Of a stretch of 31,088 nt of DNA, positions 7,118 through 18,300 are shown one piece after another (the first letter of the stretch is position 1; the number at the start of each line of letters is the position of its first letter). Source of the stretch: a virus (taxonomy: Duplodnaviria; Caudoviricetes); the IMG/VR virus record IMGVR_UViG_3300020138_000015, positions 1 to 31,088 of that record; one strand, given 5' to 3'. The position numbers were made by a program, and so were the translations under genes. The notes beneath the pieces are model-generated. The model was given only the letters and a program-made list of their open reading frames with translations, was not told the origin of the DNA and searched no databases.

Positions 7118-8146
7118 TTATCTCCCTGTGAACTGGTAGCTTACTACCGCCGCGATGGAATTATTGCTGGCGTCAAAACACTCGATATTGAACCCGGTCA
7201 ACGTAACATCCGTTATGTCAATACGAGCAACGGGGGTTGTTCCCCCGACTGGAAACGCTTGGTATTCAATATCATCCGTCGAGTGGTAGGTTTTTGTGAA
7301 CTCAACGGCTGTTCCCCCGGATGGGACATTTACTCTCCCGCGATCCACAACGTCAGGAACATCGACGTTTAGCGTCAACCCCTTGATACCGGCACGACCC
7401 AACGTTATAGGCGCTTTTACTTTCATCGAGACAAGCGCCTGTTGGAACGTGTAATCCCCCGGAACAAATGGCCTGTAATCTTCGTACCCGACCGGGGGGC
7501 CTTTTGCAAATTTCTGCAAATCTTCGGTAGTCATAAGACCTTCCCGAATATACAGATCGTGGATAACTGCGTTTGCCCCCCGCCTGATAAACCTCTCAAT
7601 GATTTCCAAATCTTCGTGGGAAAGACTATCAATCATTTTGTCGTCAAGCTCGAAGAAGTTTACAGCTTCGCTAAACATGCGGACGAAATCAGTGTCACGC
7701 TCGTTGAGTTCATCGAACGAGACGGCTTCGTCCAAGAAATCCTGTAACATGGAACTGGTTACAACCTCGGAAGCTATCGAGAAGGCTTCCGTCTTACTTA
7801 GCGAAGTCGTCTGATAAAGGTCTTCGAGGAAAGTTAATCCCTCGACAACGTTCATTATGAACCCCGTGTTGTAGCTGTACATTTCGCTGAAATCAATATC
7901 ACGGGAAATAAGTACCCCTATGACATTGGCAAGCGCACCAGCGGACAGCGTAACGGTTTCACTTATCGGGGTAGAAACCGTTTTGCTATTGGTTTCCGAA
8001 AAACCGAGGGCGTAATCAGCATCGCAGAGAATATCCAACACTCCGTAGTTATCCCAAGACGAAAGTGCGGACAGGTTATCCCAATCACCGGGGGCAGTAC
8101 CCCAAGTGTAGTAAGTATCCACGACGATGTTGATTTCAGTAGCCAT
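7118..8146 (-). CDS. Minor tail/virion structural protein
   Basis: 342 aa acidic ORF in the tail-tip cluster with a beta-rich C-terminal domain. Confidence 0.6.
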   Translation of the reverse strand: MATEINIVVDTYYTWGTAPGDWDNLSALSSWDNYGVLDILCDADYALGFSETNSKTVSTPISETVTLSAGALANVIGVLISRDIDFSEMYSYNTGFIMNVVEGLTFLEDLYQTTSLSKTEAFSIASEVVTSSMLQDFLDEAVSFDELNERDTDFVRMFSEAVNFFELDDKMIDSLSHEDLEIIERFIRRGANAVIHDLYIREGLMTTEDLQKFAKGPPVGYEDYRPFVPGDYTFQQALVSMKVKAPITLGRAGIKGLTLNVDVPDVVDRGRVNVPSGGTAVEFTKTYHSTDDIEYQAFPVGGTTPVARIDITDVTLTGFNIECFDASNNSIAAVVSYQFTGR

Positions 8147-8162
8147 CCCGGCTTCCCACGTT

Positions 8163-8178
8163 TAGCAAACGTTTGCTA
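8163..8178. repeat. 16-bp palindrome, exact copy 4
   Basis: 1 nt after the TAA of 8180..8704. Confidence 0.95.
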
Positions 8179-8179
8179 G

Positions 8180-8704
8180 TTAGCTCATAGTGAACGTGAA
8201 ACGTTGCGTAAGCGTATCCGCCGCACCTTTGTTGATGACAGCGAACACCACACGGTCAAGCATCGTACCGACAGACGAGGAATTAAAGATACCTGCTTCG
8301 GTAATCTCCCCGGTCGCCTCGCCGGGATTGAACGTCACTTCGGCAGTAAATGTCTTCGTCCCTGCCGTGTGGGAGTAGGTCAGCGCCTTTCTTGTGATTT
8401 CGGTTTGCAAGGCGATGCCCGCCGAGCTAGTAGCGTCGGAAGCGGAACCGACTGCGATATGCGACATGACAGCCGGTCGGCTGGCTGACTTGAACGCGGC
8501 GTCTGCAAGGAAATCGAAACCGCCGTTCACGATCATGTTGTGCTTGACGCGAACGTCTTTCACGGCCCCGTCAGGACCAATGAGGACACTTTCAACGCAG
8601 CAAGTGATCCCCGCCCTTTCATCGTGCGATCCGCTGATGCCCTTCTGCTGCATTTTCTTGAGCAAAGCCCGCGTAGCTTCGTGGTTGTCGATTGTGTCGG
8701 TCAT
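8180..8704 (-). CDS. Minor tail/fibre-attachment structural protein
   Basis: Start revised to ATG 8704 (GAGGA RBS). HNMIVNGG...SHIAVG...LQTEI.R...GEITEAGIFN...MLDR pattern of phage tail collar-type proteins. Confidence 0.7.
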   Translation of the reverse strand: MTDTIDNHEATRALLKKMQQKGISGSHDERAGITCCVESVLIGPDGAVKDVRVKHNMIVNGGFDFLADAAFKSASRPAVMSHIAVGSASDATSSAGIALQTEITRKALTYSHTAGTKTFTAEVTFNPGEATGEITEAGIFNSSSVGTMLDRVVFAVINKGAADTLTQRFTFTMS

Positions 8705-8711
8705 GTTTTCC

Positions 8712-11700
8712 TCACGTTGCGTCATAAAGACAAAGATGGTTGAAGGTTCCGGGGGCGTCGATGTCTGCCTCGACAACCCTTTCAGTATAGGTTCGTTCAA
8801 AATATACGTAAAGACTTCTTGTGTTGGTCCCTTGCTTGACAGCTATGGTGATGAAGTCCTCCCCGCTCTGGTGCATCGCAGACGGGGCGCATGTGTAGTT
8901 TCCATCGCTATCGTCTACGTAAAAGCAATCCGTTGCCTTGTCATACCCCGCCCTTAACCACTCCCCGCTTGAAGTGTTTTTCAGCACCCAAAAGACAACA
9001 CTTGTGGCGTACACATGATCCGTATGCAGCTTGAACGGGAAGGTGAAAATCTCGGGGACCGAAACGTCATACTCAACGGTCGTCACGTCCGAAACATACA
9101 GACCGTCCGCATATTTAGCTGGTGCGTAGGCTACGTTGTCTTCGACCGTCGGTTCCACGCCCCGGAAATCATCGGTTGTGTCATTCATCGTCCATCCGAA
9201 AAGTTCACCAGCGGACTGCGGGCCAATATTCGCTGAAATGAATTTCTCAAGGCTCACGCCATCGGTGTTCCCGGTCGGAAGCCAAGGAACGTCGCTTTCA
9301 ACGTCTTCCCAAGCATACGACCAGTCATCCCAGCTAGGGCCTTCCCCTGTTACGTTGATAAGGGACGTGTCAACCCAGCACCTAGCACGGTACTTGATAC
9401 CTAGATCGACAAAAAAGACGTGTTCCCCCGCCTGCGCATATTGGCCGGGGGCAATCTCTGATAGAAGCAACGTTCCCTCGATCCCTTGTTCCATCATAAC
9501 GTTGACACCGGGATACGCGCCCTCTCCCCCGTCATTAGCATTGTCGTATTCAAGGACTACGTTTCTGTCATAGAACAATTCAAGCCCTACCGTGACAAAG
9601 ACAGCATCCTCCGAATACAAACCTTGTGGGGAAACCGCTTTGATCCAGAACGTACGAACACCGCTTCCGGGGTTAAGCACCGTCAAGGTATCTGACGCTG
9701 TTTGCATGATAGGCTGGCCCAAGTCCCATGTAAGACCCTCTCGGATCGGGTACTCAACCCCTAGCCCCTCGCTCTGGTCCCACGAAAGGCGTATGGAGTC
9801 TGTCTGCGCAACACCGAAAAAGTTAGTCGGGGCTTCGGGGGCAATAACCGAAGCTGACACAGCGGTAGCATTAACCGACATATTGCCAAGTTCATCGAAC
9901 GCTCGGATTAAATACGTATGCTCTTTGGCATCGGGGATAGAGATAAAGCAGTTCGTTACTGCAAGGTTTTCCGCGATTATATCGGACGTTGACCATGTGG
10001 AGCCTTCCACAAGTTCCCTTATCTGGTAGGACACCGAACCAATATCCACCGCGCTATCCCAAGTGAAGATAACGCCTTCCACCATCCGTTTGACTTGAAC
10101 GTTCAAAACGTCTCCGGGAGGAAGCGTCTTTCCATACAGATAGTAGTCGATCTTCTCTTTAGGCGGGGATTGTCTATTCCCCGAAATAGCTACAAGGCGG
10201 AAGGAGTAGAACCCAGCTTCCAGCCCCGCAATATCAATAGTTGTTTCGGTTGTCGTAAGGTCGTTCCAAGGACCGTCCTTCGCCTTCCAGTAGAAACGGA
10301 AACCTCTCACTCGCGGGTCCGTAGAGGATGACCACGAGAACGTGGCCCTCGTTTTCACAAGGCCGTTCTCTTTGTATAGGGTTTCTGCGATAGAGAAATC
10401 TGCGGGGGTCGCAAGTTCTCCCGACGAATAAGATGTAATAGTCGGCAGATCGAAGTCGATGCCTTTTTCTATGTAGTCGAATTTCTGTTCGACATACCTA
10501 TTACCCTCGATCTTGAACGTTCCATCCCCGTTATCATCGACAGAACGGATGCGGTAGGTAACAGGCGAGACATTGTTACTATACAACGACCAGACGCCCC
10601 ATTCTCCGGGCTGGTCTGTGAACTCCGACATAATCTCGATGGTTTTATGCACCCCAAGCGGGCTAATAACCGTTTTGTATTGCGGCTTCCCGCTCTTATT
10701 GAGGGTAGAGAGTATGTAGGACTCTCCGTATTTTATCTCTATCTCCCGATCAAGGGTGATTTTCGTCCCATCGACGGCTTCGATGCGACCGAAAAGCTCT
10801 GTCCCCATGATAACAGGATCGAATATCGCCGCGATGAACCCCGGTTCAACAGCCGCATGGTCCGACGCAGCGTTGTACGAGATAATATCCCCTTCGTTTT
10901 TTTCGGTGAAAAGGTAAAACTCACCTACGCGAGCGGCCATGCCACGACTGGAACACCCAAACGGCGCAAGGTCTATCGACACTTGCCCGCGAACAAGAAT
11001 ATCGTCGTTATCCTCGACGGTAACGCTGTTCCCCTTGAACATATCGTTCAAGTCGTTATAGGTGACGTTTACAACGTTGTGCCGTGTCTTGTCCGAGATA
11101 CCTTCGTAGTGGAATACCCCATCGACCGCGTTTGCACGACCGACATTAATGTCCACGTCTCTCGGTGCTTCGTGAGCAACGCGGATTTGACCTTCACTGT
11201 AGTAGGTCATGCCACGGAATACCGATGCCATGTCCTGCAAGACGGCATGGGCTTCTCGTTGCGTATTCAACACAACGTTGATGGTGAAACGGGGTTCCAT
11301 CCCACCGTAACCATCCGGCACAAGTTCATCGCAGTATTGGGCGAGGGTGTACAATTCCCCTAGTGGAAGGTCAGCCTCGGTTATGTAGTCTCCAAGCCCG
11401 TACCACCTGTTAAGCACGAGGTCGATATACACCAGCACCGGGTTATTCGTGTAAGCGTCTTTCCACGTTCCGTCCCAAAAACCGCTATAAGCTCTTGTTT
11501 CAGGGTTATAGTTTGAGAAGACTCGTATAATGCGCCCTTTTACGTGGTAGGCGCGGGGAGGAATACTATTCCCGAACTGTGAAGCATCTGCGACAAGGCC
11601 GATATGCGCTACCCCCGGCCACGAGAACTTCGCGTCAATAATTTCCGTATAGCTCTGCACCCATGTCTGGCTTTGCTTGTTGACATTCACGTCATCCGGG

Positions 11701-12824
11701 GAAATGCGGGTCGCCTCCCATTCCCAAGGCCCTGTGCCAGCCGGTTTGTTGATAGTAGCGGTGAACTCATAAGGCGCAACGCATTTGCCGTTAATCGTGA
11801 GGTTCACGTCGTTGCCGTAAGACGCGGCGGCGATGCTCCCGCCGACGACTTGTATTTCGTACACGGCAGCGCCGATCAATGAAATTTCCGCCTCAACGCG
11901 GGTTTCCATTATGATCGTCTGTTTCAATGTTCCAGCACGAGAGCCGTTACCATACCCCGCCTGTTGCCGTTGACCTTGGGAAGTGGTCTTAACCGGCATG
12001 TTGTACCACGTAGTAGTGCCCTTTACGCGGTACTGGATACGCGGAGCGGCTGGGTACGTAGGTGTAGGGCCGAACATCGGTCCTAAGTCGATAAGGAACG
12101 TATTGAATGTTTCAGCGGCGATGCCTGAAACTCGCAAAGCCGTAGCTGCTTCGGGGGTAACGGTTGTCCAATTCCTTGTGCCGACGCCAGAAGTGGGCGA
12201 TCCAGTGGACACGTAACCGAACAACGTAGTCGTTGACGGAAACTCTTTCCATTCGATTTCGCTGCGATAGTTTATCCATGTCGCACTGTTTGAACGGCGG
12301 TAACGAAGACCGACCGCCACCGAGTTACCTTTCAGATCACCAGTATTGGGGTTCTGATAGGAAAGATTGGGGATCATAAAGCGGATACGGACTCTATCCA
12401 CGTCATCGTTCGTTATCTGGCGGATGATGGGTCCAGTTTCCTGCTTTAGCTGCACCCCGACTGGTTTTTCAGAGGACGACGCCGAAATTCCCGTCAACGC
12501 CCCTTGATCCACATACCCGTTCTGGAACGTGTATCCGATACCTTTGAAGTTATAGCCCCCCTGCGCGTTCATATAAGGCGTGTCGCTCAAGTAAATGGAC
12601 TTAGCACCATTCACAAGCCCGACGATGGGGCCGTGTCCGATAACGTCGATAAGACGGGCAACCGCGTTAGACTTTAGTGTGTTCGGGTCTTCTGTGGGGA
12701 CGTGGGACGATCCGCCGCCGCCTTTACCACCGCCAGCACCCGCGATATAGACCTCGTTTACCGATTTCTTCGACACTTCACGGATGCGGTCAGAGAGATT
12801 TTTCAACGGAGCGTTCATAATCAT
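8712..12824 (-). CDS. Central tail fibre / host specificity protein (lambda J-like)
   Basis: GGGKGGG..H.P.EDPN.L.S N-terminus, YSGFWDGTWKDAYTNNP, AQYCDELVPDGYGGMEPRFT, FN3-like repeats and an extended C-terminus. Confidence 0.93.
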   Translation of the reverse strand: MIMNAPLKNLSDRIREVSKKSVNEVYIAGAGGGKGGGGSSHVPTEDPNTLKSNAVARLIDVIGHGPIVGLVNGAKSIYLSDTPYMNAQGGYNFKGIGYTFQNGYVDQGALTGISASSSEKPVGVQLKQETGPIIRQITNDDVDRVRIRFMIPNLSYQNPNTGDLKGNSVAVGLRYRRSNSATWINYRSEIEWKEFPSTTTLFGYVSTGSPTSGVGTRNWTTVTPEAATALRVSGIAAETFNTFLIDLGPMFGPTPTYPAAPRIQYRVKGTTTWYNMPVKTTSQGQRQQAGYGNGSRAGTLKQTIIMETRVEAEISLIGAAVYEIQVVGGSIAAASYGNDVNLTINGKCVAPYEFTATINKPAGTGPWEWEATRISPDDVNVNKQSQTWVQSYTEIIDAKFSWPGVAHIGLVADASQFGNSIPPRAYHVKGRIIRVFSNYNPETRAYSGFWDGTWKDAYTNNPVLVYIDLVLNRWYGLGDYITEADLPLGELYTLAQYCDELVPDGYGGMEPRFTINVVLNTQREAHAVLQDMASVFRGMTYYSEGQIRVAHEAPRDVDINVGRANAVDGVFHYEGISDKTRHNVVNVTYNDLNDMFKGNSVTVEDNDDILVRGQVSIDLAPFGCSSRGMAARVGEFYLFTEKNEGDIISYNAASDHAAVEPGFIAAIFDPVIMGTELFGRIEAVDGTKITLDREIEIKYGESYILSTLNKSGKPQYKTVISPLGVHKTIEIMSEFTDQPGEWGVWSLYSNNVSPVTYRIRSVDDNGDGTFKIEGNRYVEQKFDYIEKGIDFDLPTITSYSSGELATPADFSIAETLYKENGLVKTRATFSWSSSTDPRVRGFRFYWKAKDGPWNDLTTTETTIDIAGLEAGFYSFRLVAISGNRQSPPKEKIDYYLYGKTLPPGDVLNVQVKRMVEGVIFTWDSAVDIGSVSYQIRELVEGSTWSTSDIIAENLAVTNCFISIPDAKEHTYLIRAFDELGNMSVNATAVSASVIAPEAPTNFFGVAQTDSIRLSWDQSEGLGVEYPIREGLTWDLGQPIMQTASDTLTVLNPGSGVRTFWIKAVSPQGLYSEDAVFVTVGLELFYDRNVVLEYDNANDGGEGAYPGVNVMMEQGIEGTLLLSEIAPGQYAQAGEHVFFVDLGIKYRARCWVDTSLINVTGEGPSWDDWSYAWEDVESDVPWLPTGNTDGVSLEKFISANIGPQSAGELFGWTMNDTTDDFRGVEPTVEDNVAYAPAKYADGLYVSDVTTVEYDVSVPEIFTFPFKLHTDHVYATSVVFWVLKNTSSGEWLRAGYDKATDCFYVDDSDGNYTCAPSAMHQSGEDFITIAVKQGTNTRSLYVYFERTYTERVVEADIDAPGTFNHLCLYDAT

Positions 12825-12836
12825 CCCTAATTAGTT

Positions 12837-12852
12837 TAGCAAACGTTTGCTA
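12837..12852. repeat. 16-bp palindrome, exact copy 5 (extends to 20 bp, 12835-12854)
   Basis: Supplies the TAG stop of the I-like gene, 12 nt upstream of the J start. Confidence 0.95.
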
Positions 12853-13527
12853 AAGATCGACAGAGAACGGGGCAGCAACCGTCCCCATTGCACCGGGGCC
12901 TTGGGGAACACTGGTTTGCTGTAGCACTTCGATTTCACCAGAAACGAGTACAGAGCCAGTTATCACTTCCCCGTAAATTAGCGGCATCGCTACGCCGGGT
13001 GTAGAAACGTTCGCATACCCATTGATAAGGGCGGACTCGTTACGATCTTTCCCGTCTTTCCCCGACGACGACATTTGCTGCATTGGGTTAATCACGTTGG
13101 CGAGGCCGGAAAGACCTATAGATACACCTAGAAGCGTCCATGTAGTTGCTGTGCTTGCCGAAGCAGAGCCAATAAGACTTGTCGCCCATCCTTGGCCGTA
13201 AGCGATCAAAACCACGGCGGCGACGATCATAATAGCGCCCTTGACGCGACTGCCCGCGCCCGACGCTTCGGGGATGATATGAACGTCAACAGAGCCGAGA
13301 TTGTAGTTAGCCGCAGCCTCGTTCTCTCCGGGGAGGGATACCGTCATTTCCCCTTCGTACTCATGTACGATATAGCACGGCCCTATTTCCCGCAGAGTTT
13401 TCCTGAAATCCCCACGGAAATTGGCGTCGAGGATGCCAATACCCTGCCTCAACGTCTCGCACTGTATGGAGAATTGTTCACCGAATTTATCGGCCAATTC
13501 ACCGTGCAGGTGTATTTTTCTTTTCAT
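12850..13527 (-). CDS. Tail assembly protein (lambda I-like)
   Basis: I.LHGELADKFG, VHIIP...GAG, hydrophobic middle and G..MPLIYGEVITGS.LVS. Confidence 0.9.
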   Translation of the reverse strand: MKRKIHLHGELADKFGEQFSIQCETLRQGIGILDANFRGDFRKTLREIGPCYIVHEYEGEMTVSLPGENEAAANYNLGSVDVHIIPEASGAGSRVKGAIMIVAAVVLIAYGQGWATSLIGSASASTATTWTLLGVSIGLSGLANVINPMQQMSSSGKDGKDRNESALINGYANVSTPGVAMPLIYGEVITGSVLVSGEIEVLQQTSVPQGPGAMGTVAAPFSVDL

Positions 13528-14284
13528 AGTCGTACCTTAAAAAAAGGCAGGTGTGAGTTGAGAAGTACGGATTAGCCGGGGACGTTCGGGAACTGTGGCC
13601 GGACATATGGTGAAGCATCTTCCCGTCACCAACATATACGCCCACATGGTTGAATTTGGCAACGCCCATATCGAACAGAATAACGTCCCCGCTGCGAAGA
13701 TCGTTCTTTCTGATTTCGTAGAAACCGGCCTTCTTAAAGTTTTCCTCGGTGAGTAAATCCTGATCCCGGTTTTCCCACCACATTTCGTCTCTCGGGAAGT
13801 CGATCATATCGACGGGATCGTACGGCCACACGATCCCTTGTTCCGCCAGAGCGTCTTTCCCGAGACGGAAACAGTCGCGCATGAGGGCGTAGCAATCCTG
13901 CGTATAATGGCGAAAATCACGCCCTTTGACCGGCGCTATAGGCGCACCGGGGCCAAACCACACAATTTCAGTTGCAAGGCCCGGATTGGGAACTACAACA
14001 ATTCCGTACGGCAATCCAACGCTCTGCTGTGAGCGAGCATCATCCCCCGAAGGCCAAGGGTTAGCCCCTGTAGCCCATGTGTGGGAGTGAATGATAGCCT
14101 TCACCCTTCGCGTCGTAATCAATGACGCATACTTGCTCCGGTCGAATTTGAAGAACATTTCCGGGTTTTCATGCGTGTTCTTGAGAGGAACGTACACTCC
14201 CCCAAGTACGACACCGCAGCTTTCTTTCGGGGCCTCTGAAAGAGCGTGATTGATTGCCGACTGTATAATGTCTTCCGAGAACAT
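13499..14284 (-). CDS. Tail assembly protein (lambda K-like; JAB/MPN + NlpC/P60)
   Basis: Start revised to ATG 14284 (TGATG overlap with L). ESCG, IIHSH, PS.DD, then DCYALMRD and HVGVY..DGKMLHH. Confidence 0.9.
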   Translation of the reverse strand: MFSEDIIQSAINHALSEAPKESCGVVLGGVYVPLKNTHENPEMFFKFDRSKYASLITTRRVKAIIHSHTWATGANPWPSGDDARSQQSVGLPYGIVVVPNPGLATEIVWFGPGAPIAPVKGRDFRHYTQDCYALMRDCFRLGKDALAEQGIVWPYDPVDMIDFPRDEMWWENRDQDLLTEENFKKAGFYEIRKNDLRSGDVILFDMGVAKFNHVGVYVGDGKMLHHMSGHSSRTSPANPYFSTHTCLFLRYDYEKKNTPAR

Positions 14285-15030
14285 CAGCTTATCCTCCCTA
14301 TAGATGGGAAACCCCAATAAGGCAAAACGCCGTTCCCGTACCGGGCGCGGCACCCTTTCAAATTCTTGCTGCAAGCATCTTCGGATGGAGAAGCGGGTTT
14401 GTTGGCTTTGTCAAAACACGCCGATCCGTCATACGGGCAAGTAGATCGCGTGTAATCAAACGCCTGCGTTTCCGGGTTCCACGCCCTGTAAGTGTGGCCG
14501 CAATTCGGCAAGACTTGTTTCCCCGGCAGCATTTTACCCTGCTGATCGAGAACAGAGGTCATTTCCCACTGAATAACCTCCCCGTCCAGCCCCGACAGCC
14601 TGTCAATCGTATAAACGTCTTTCGTGAGGTATGCGTTCGGGTCCGGGTCGTCGCCGTCATCGAGGAATTTAGCCCAAGTCTTATACCTAGTGACGCGGGC
14701 ACCGTTGAGGTTCCCGTGCGCCAATACCTCTGGAAGCACAATACCCAGCACGTTCCCTATAGAGAGGACCGGACGGGAGATGCGTCCCTGCGAGTTCTTC
14801 GCATACCCTGTGGCGTCAATGCTCGCTGCAATAAACTCATGTCCGCCCCACGAAATGAAACTGCCATCCGGTTTGATTGAGGGCGTAAAGTAGAACGTCC
14901 CTATACCGCCGTTAAGGACGGTAGACAGCGGGGCCGACGACAGCTTATCCGTCTCTATGACGAACAAAGTCACTTCGGCGTCCTGTACGAGCCTGTGACT
15001 TTCCTCAATACCTTTTTCGTTCGTAGGCAT
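14284..15030 (-). CDS. Minor tail protein (lambda L-like)
   Basis: RP.LSIGN, GARVTR.KTWAKFLD and C-terminal Cys cluster (C...C.YDG..C...DACSK...GC..RYG...P.WGFP). Confidence 0.92.
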   Translation of the reverse strand: MPTNEKGIEESHRLVQDAEVTLFVIETDKLSSAPLSTVLNGGIGTFYFTPSIKPDGSFISWGGHEFIAASIDATGYAKNSQGRISRPVLSIGNVLGIVLPEVLAHGNLNGARVTRYKTWAKFLDDGDDPDPNAYLTKDVYTIDRLSGLDGEVIQWEMTSVLDQQGKMLPGKQVLPNCGHTYRAWNPETQAFDYTRSTCPYDGSACFDKANKPASPSEDACSKNLKGCRARYGNGVLPYWGFPSIGRIS

Positions 15031-15368
15031 CAGTTGTTCACCAGCGTTAATTCAGCCGAATAGTCGAAGAAACCGGGGGTCTTCGCTTTCGGGGAATGTT
15101 TCTTGCAGATGTAGCGCCTTGCAACACTCTCCCCCGGCGTAACCATCAAGAACGCCTCGACGCCCTTTTTCTCGTTAAAGAAGTTCTCAAGCGTCTGTTT
15201 TTCTTCGGTCGTTATATTCATCCAGCTTAACGTCATAACACGGCTCACGTTATTGATGCCGGTCGCGCGACGTTCCGAGAAACCATCCCCGAGTTTGGTT
15301 TCCCTGATAAGAAATTCGGTAGGAACCTCTGCCGGGTATTCAGGCGGAATGTCAGGCAAATAGTCCAT
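15030..15368 (-). CDS. Minor tail protein (lambda M-like / distal tail)
   Basis: LGDGFSERRATGINN, LENFF....GVEAF...P motifs. Directly after the TMP. Confidence 0.9.
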   Translation of the reverse strand: MDYLPDIPPEYPAEVPTEFLIRETKLGDGFSERRATGINNVSRVMTLSWMNITTEEKQTLENFFNEKKGVEAFLMVTPGESVARRYICKKHSPKAKTPGFFDYSAELTLVNN

Positions 15369-15371
15369 GTC

Positions 15372-18300
15372 TTATCTCCCGTTAAGCGCCCGCCAGATCA
15401 AACCGCCCGGCATCTGCTCTTTCTGTACGAATTTCGTCATGTACATCTGGATAGTGCTATCCAAACCCTTGAGCATGTCCTGTGCGGCAGATGGGTCAAA
15501 GTTACCACCACCGGGACCGCCAGCACCTTGAAACACAAGTTCATAGACCGGAGCGTAGGTGATGCGCATATCACCGCCACCGCCGTTTGTAACCCGGACA
15601 CCGAGTTCTCCATCGGGGGTTCTGGTAAGAGGCATGACGGCTTCGGGGCGTTCCTCGCCCATAAGACCCTGACCGCCATTTGTCGGGAAGCGTGTCGGGG
15701 TATAAACAATGTTTCCCTTCGTGCCGCCTTTAGCAAACCTTTGCGGATTTCCGTCGATAAACACACGGCCTTGGGCCGCGACGGTGGGAGCCGTTACAGC
15801 CCCCGCTTCGACGAAACTACCAGTGCCAGCAGATGCAGCACCGCCGATCCATCCAAGAATGGAGTTGAATATTTGAGAGCTTGCGATTTGAGCCGCAAAA
15901 CGCGCCCACTGGCGCAACATGCTGCCAAGCATATCACTCCACCCCTGATCGGTTCCGACGATCAAGTCAGAAAACAGATCAGACATGCCGTTGATATACT
16001 GCTCGTAAGCCTGCTGCCCGAGTTGAAAATTTGTTATCTGGTTAACGGTTGCGCGGTCAGATGCGGTATCAACGCCCTCCCAAAACGTTCCCGTCAGTTC
16101 GTGCATCTTTTCGTAGTTATCAATCCACTGGTTCGCGGCGTCTCGGGAAACCCTAGCCCGGTTTTCTTCACTGGCCGCAACATCAAGGTTCTGCTGGTAT
16201 TCCTGCGCCAGAAGATCGAGAGTTTGCTTTTTCAGTTCAATGATTTTCCGCTCGTCTTCCGATCCACGTTCGGACGCCCGGATGCGTTCATCGAACGCTC
16301 GCGTCGTGTCGATCACCTTTTGACGGTACGTCTGTTCAACGTCAACGGCTTGTCGGGCAACCTGAAAGTCGATAAACCCGTTAACATCGCCCGAGATTGA
16401 TTTCATCGCACCGGACACATCCCGCATCTGCGTCTGCATCTGTATGATGAAGTTCTCGTTATCGGCTTTCATGTTCTCAAGCGCAATCTTGTTATTGTAC
16501 TTGAGAGCTTCGACTTGGGCGGCGCGAAGCTGGCGAGTGCCTTCCGCAAAATCCCTCTTGCTCTTTTCCCCGTCGAACTTCGCACCTTGGGCCAGCAAGT
16601 CGTCTACCCGCTTGTTGTGTTCCCTGATGCTCTTTTCAGTGTCGAGAAACAGTTGGTCAAGGTCCAAGCTCAACGCCGAAGAAAGGTCGCCGGGATTAAT
16701 GGACAACTTCGCCCGCCTGATGGCGATTTCCATGCTTTTCCCGGTTTCATCCATAAGGTCTTGGATGCGGTCGGTGAAATCGAACTTGCGGAAGTTCTGC
16801 TGGTCAGCGCCCTTCAAGTTCTGGACTGCCGACTGGAATATAAGATTTCGTACGTCAAACACCGTTTGCAGGCGCTTCACGATATTCAGCTTTGTGTCGT
16901 TAACAAGGTCGTCAATCGGTATCCCGGTTTCAGCGGAGAAAGCCAAGACCATGTTATAAACGAACTGATCGGCGGTGAGGCCGTTCTTCTTGAATACCTC
17001 TTGGTAATCCGCAACCGTCAGCTTGCCCTTTTCATCAAGGCGACGATTGAGTTCTTCCATTTCCCCCTTGCCGGAAAGCAAGTCGATAAACGGATCAAGT
17101 TTGTCGCCCATCGTGCCGAGGGCAGTACGCATCATCTTGTCGATTTTCTCCGATGCAGCATCAAACTGCGTCAGAGACGTGACGTTAGCCTCCATTGCCG
17201 CCGCGAGGCGGGCAAGTTCCGGGTCGCGCTGCAAGTCGGCGGCTTGCTTGGCAACAGCAACCGTTTGCGAACGAATGAGGTTCCTAACGTCCTGTGCGTT
17301 CTTGTCGAGGAACACGGAGAAACGGTACTCTTGCGCCTTCCTTAGACGGTCGGCGTCAATCAAGCCTTCCTTACCCGCTTCTTTGATAAGACGGTCGTAG
17401 AGTTCCCCCTTGTTAAACTCTCCTTCCCCTTTCCTTATTTCCTCGATGTAGTCCGCGATGACCTTGTTTATCTGCGAATTTTGCTTGCTCAACTCGGTTC
17501 TAACCGCGTTCAAGTTAATGTCGCTGTTTTTGAAAACGCGGTCCATGTCGTCGGCAATGGACGCCGAAAGGCTCGCCATCTGTTCCGGCGATGCAAGGGA
17601 CTCGAAGAACGCATCTCGTTTGGCCGTAAGTTTGTTTACATCAACTTCGGCATCCTCGTACCGCTTTTGAAGCTGGCGGGTATCGTCAACAAGGATGCCT
17701 AGTTTTCCAGCTTGATCCTTGAGGGCATCCCCAAACAGCTTCCAGCGGTTCCCGAACAAGGGAACGTCCGTATCCGGCACCGCCGCCGCTTCAAAGCCCT
17801 TTTGCAAGATGTTCTGTACGAGCGGGTCGCTGCTGCCGATAAGATCGACAATCTCTTTCGCTATTTCCTTTCGTGAATTGTTCCATTCATTTGCAGGATC
17901 ACGCAATTCCTTCTGGAAATACTCTTTCATGCTGGCGATAGTCTTGCCGCCCTTCTTCGCAGCTTCGCCCGCCTTGCTGGCCCAATAATCGTTCCAGACC
18001 GCCATGAAATCGGTTTTATCAAGCAAATTGAGAGCGTTCGTGTCATCCGTCGAGAACAGAGACATAAGACGGATGGAGTCTCGCGCCGCCTTCAATTCCG
18101 TTTGCGCGTTGTCTATATCCTCTTTGTATTTGTTGACGGCTTCCCGGTACTTATCGAGTTCACCGCTAAGTTCTCCCAAGGCATCAACCGTTATACCCGA
18201 CGATCTGCCGGTTCTCCCCGCTTCGATGGTCCTGTACAGACGGCGGAAGCTCGCTTCGAGGTTATCCGCCAGTTTCACCGGCTCGCCAAGAACTTCGGAA

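Noticed and set aside
15731-15746. Degenerate palindrome TAGCAAACCTTTGCGG in the TMP
   Set aside because: Three mismatches, and explained by the conserved RFAKGG protein motif.
17255-17270. Degenerate palindrome CAGCAACCGTTTGCGA in the TMP
   Set aside because: Three mismatches inside coding sequence. It could be a weak site but is not supportable without a position-weight-matrix scan.
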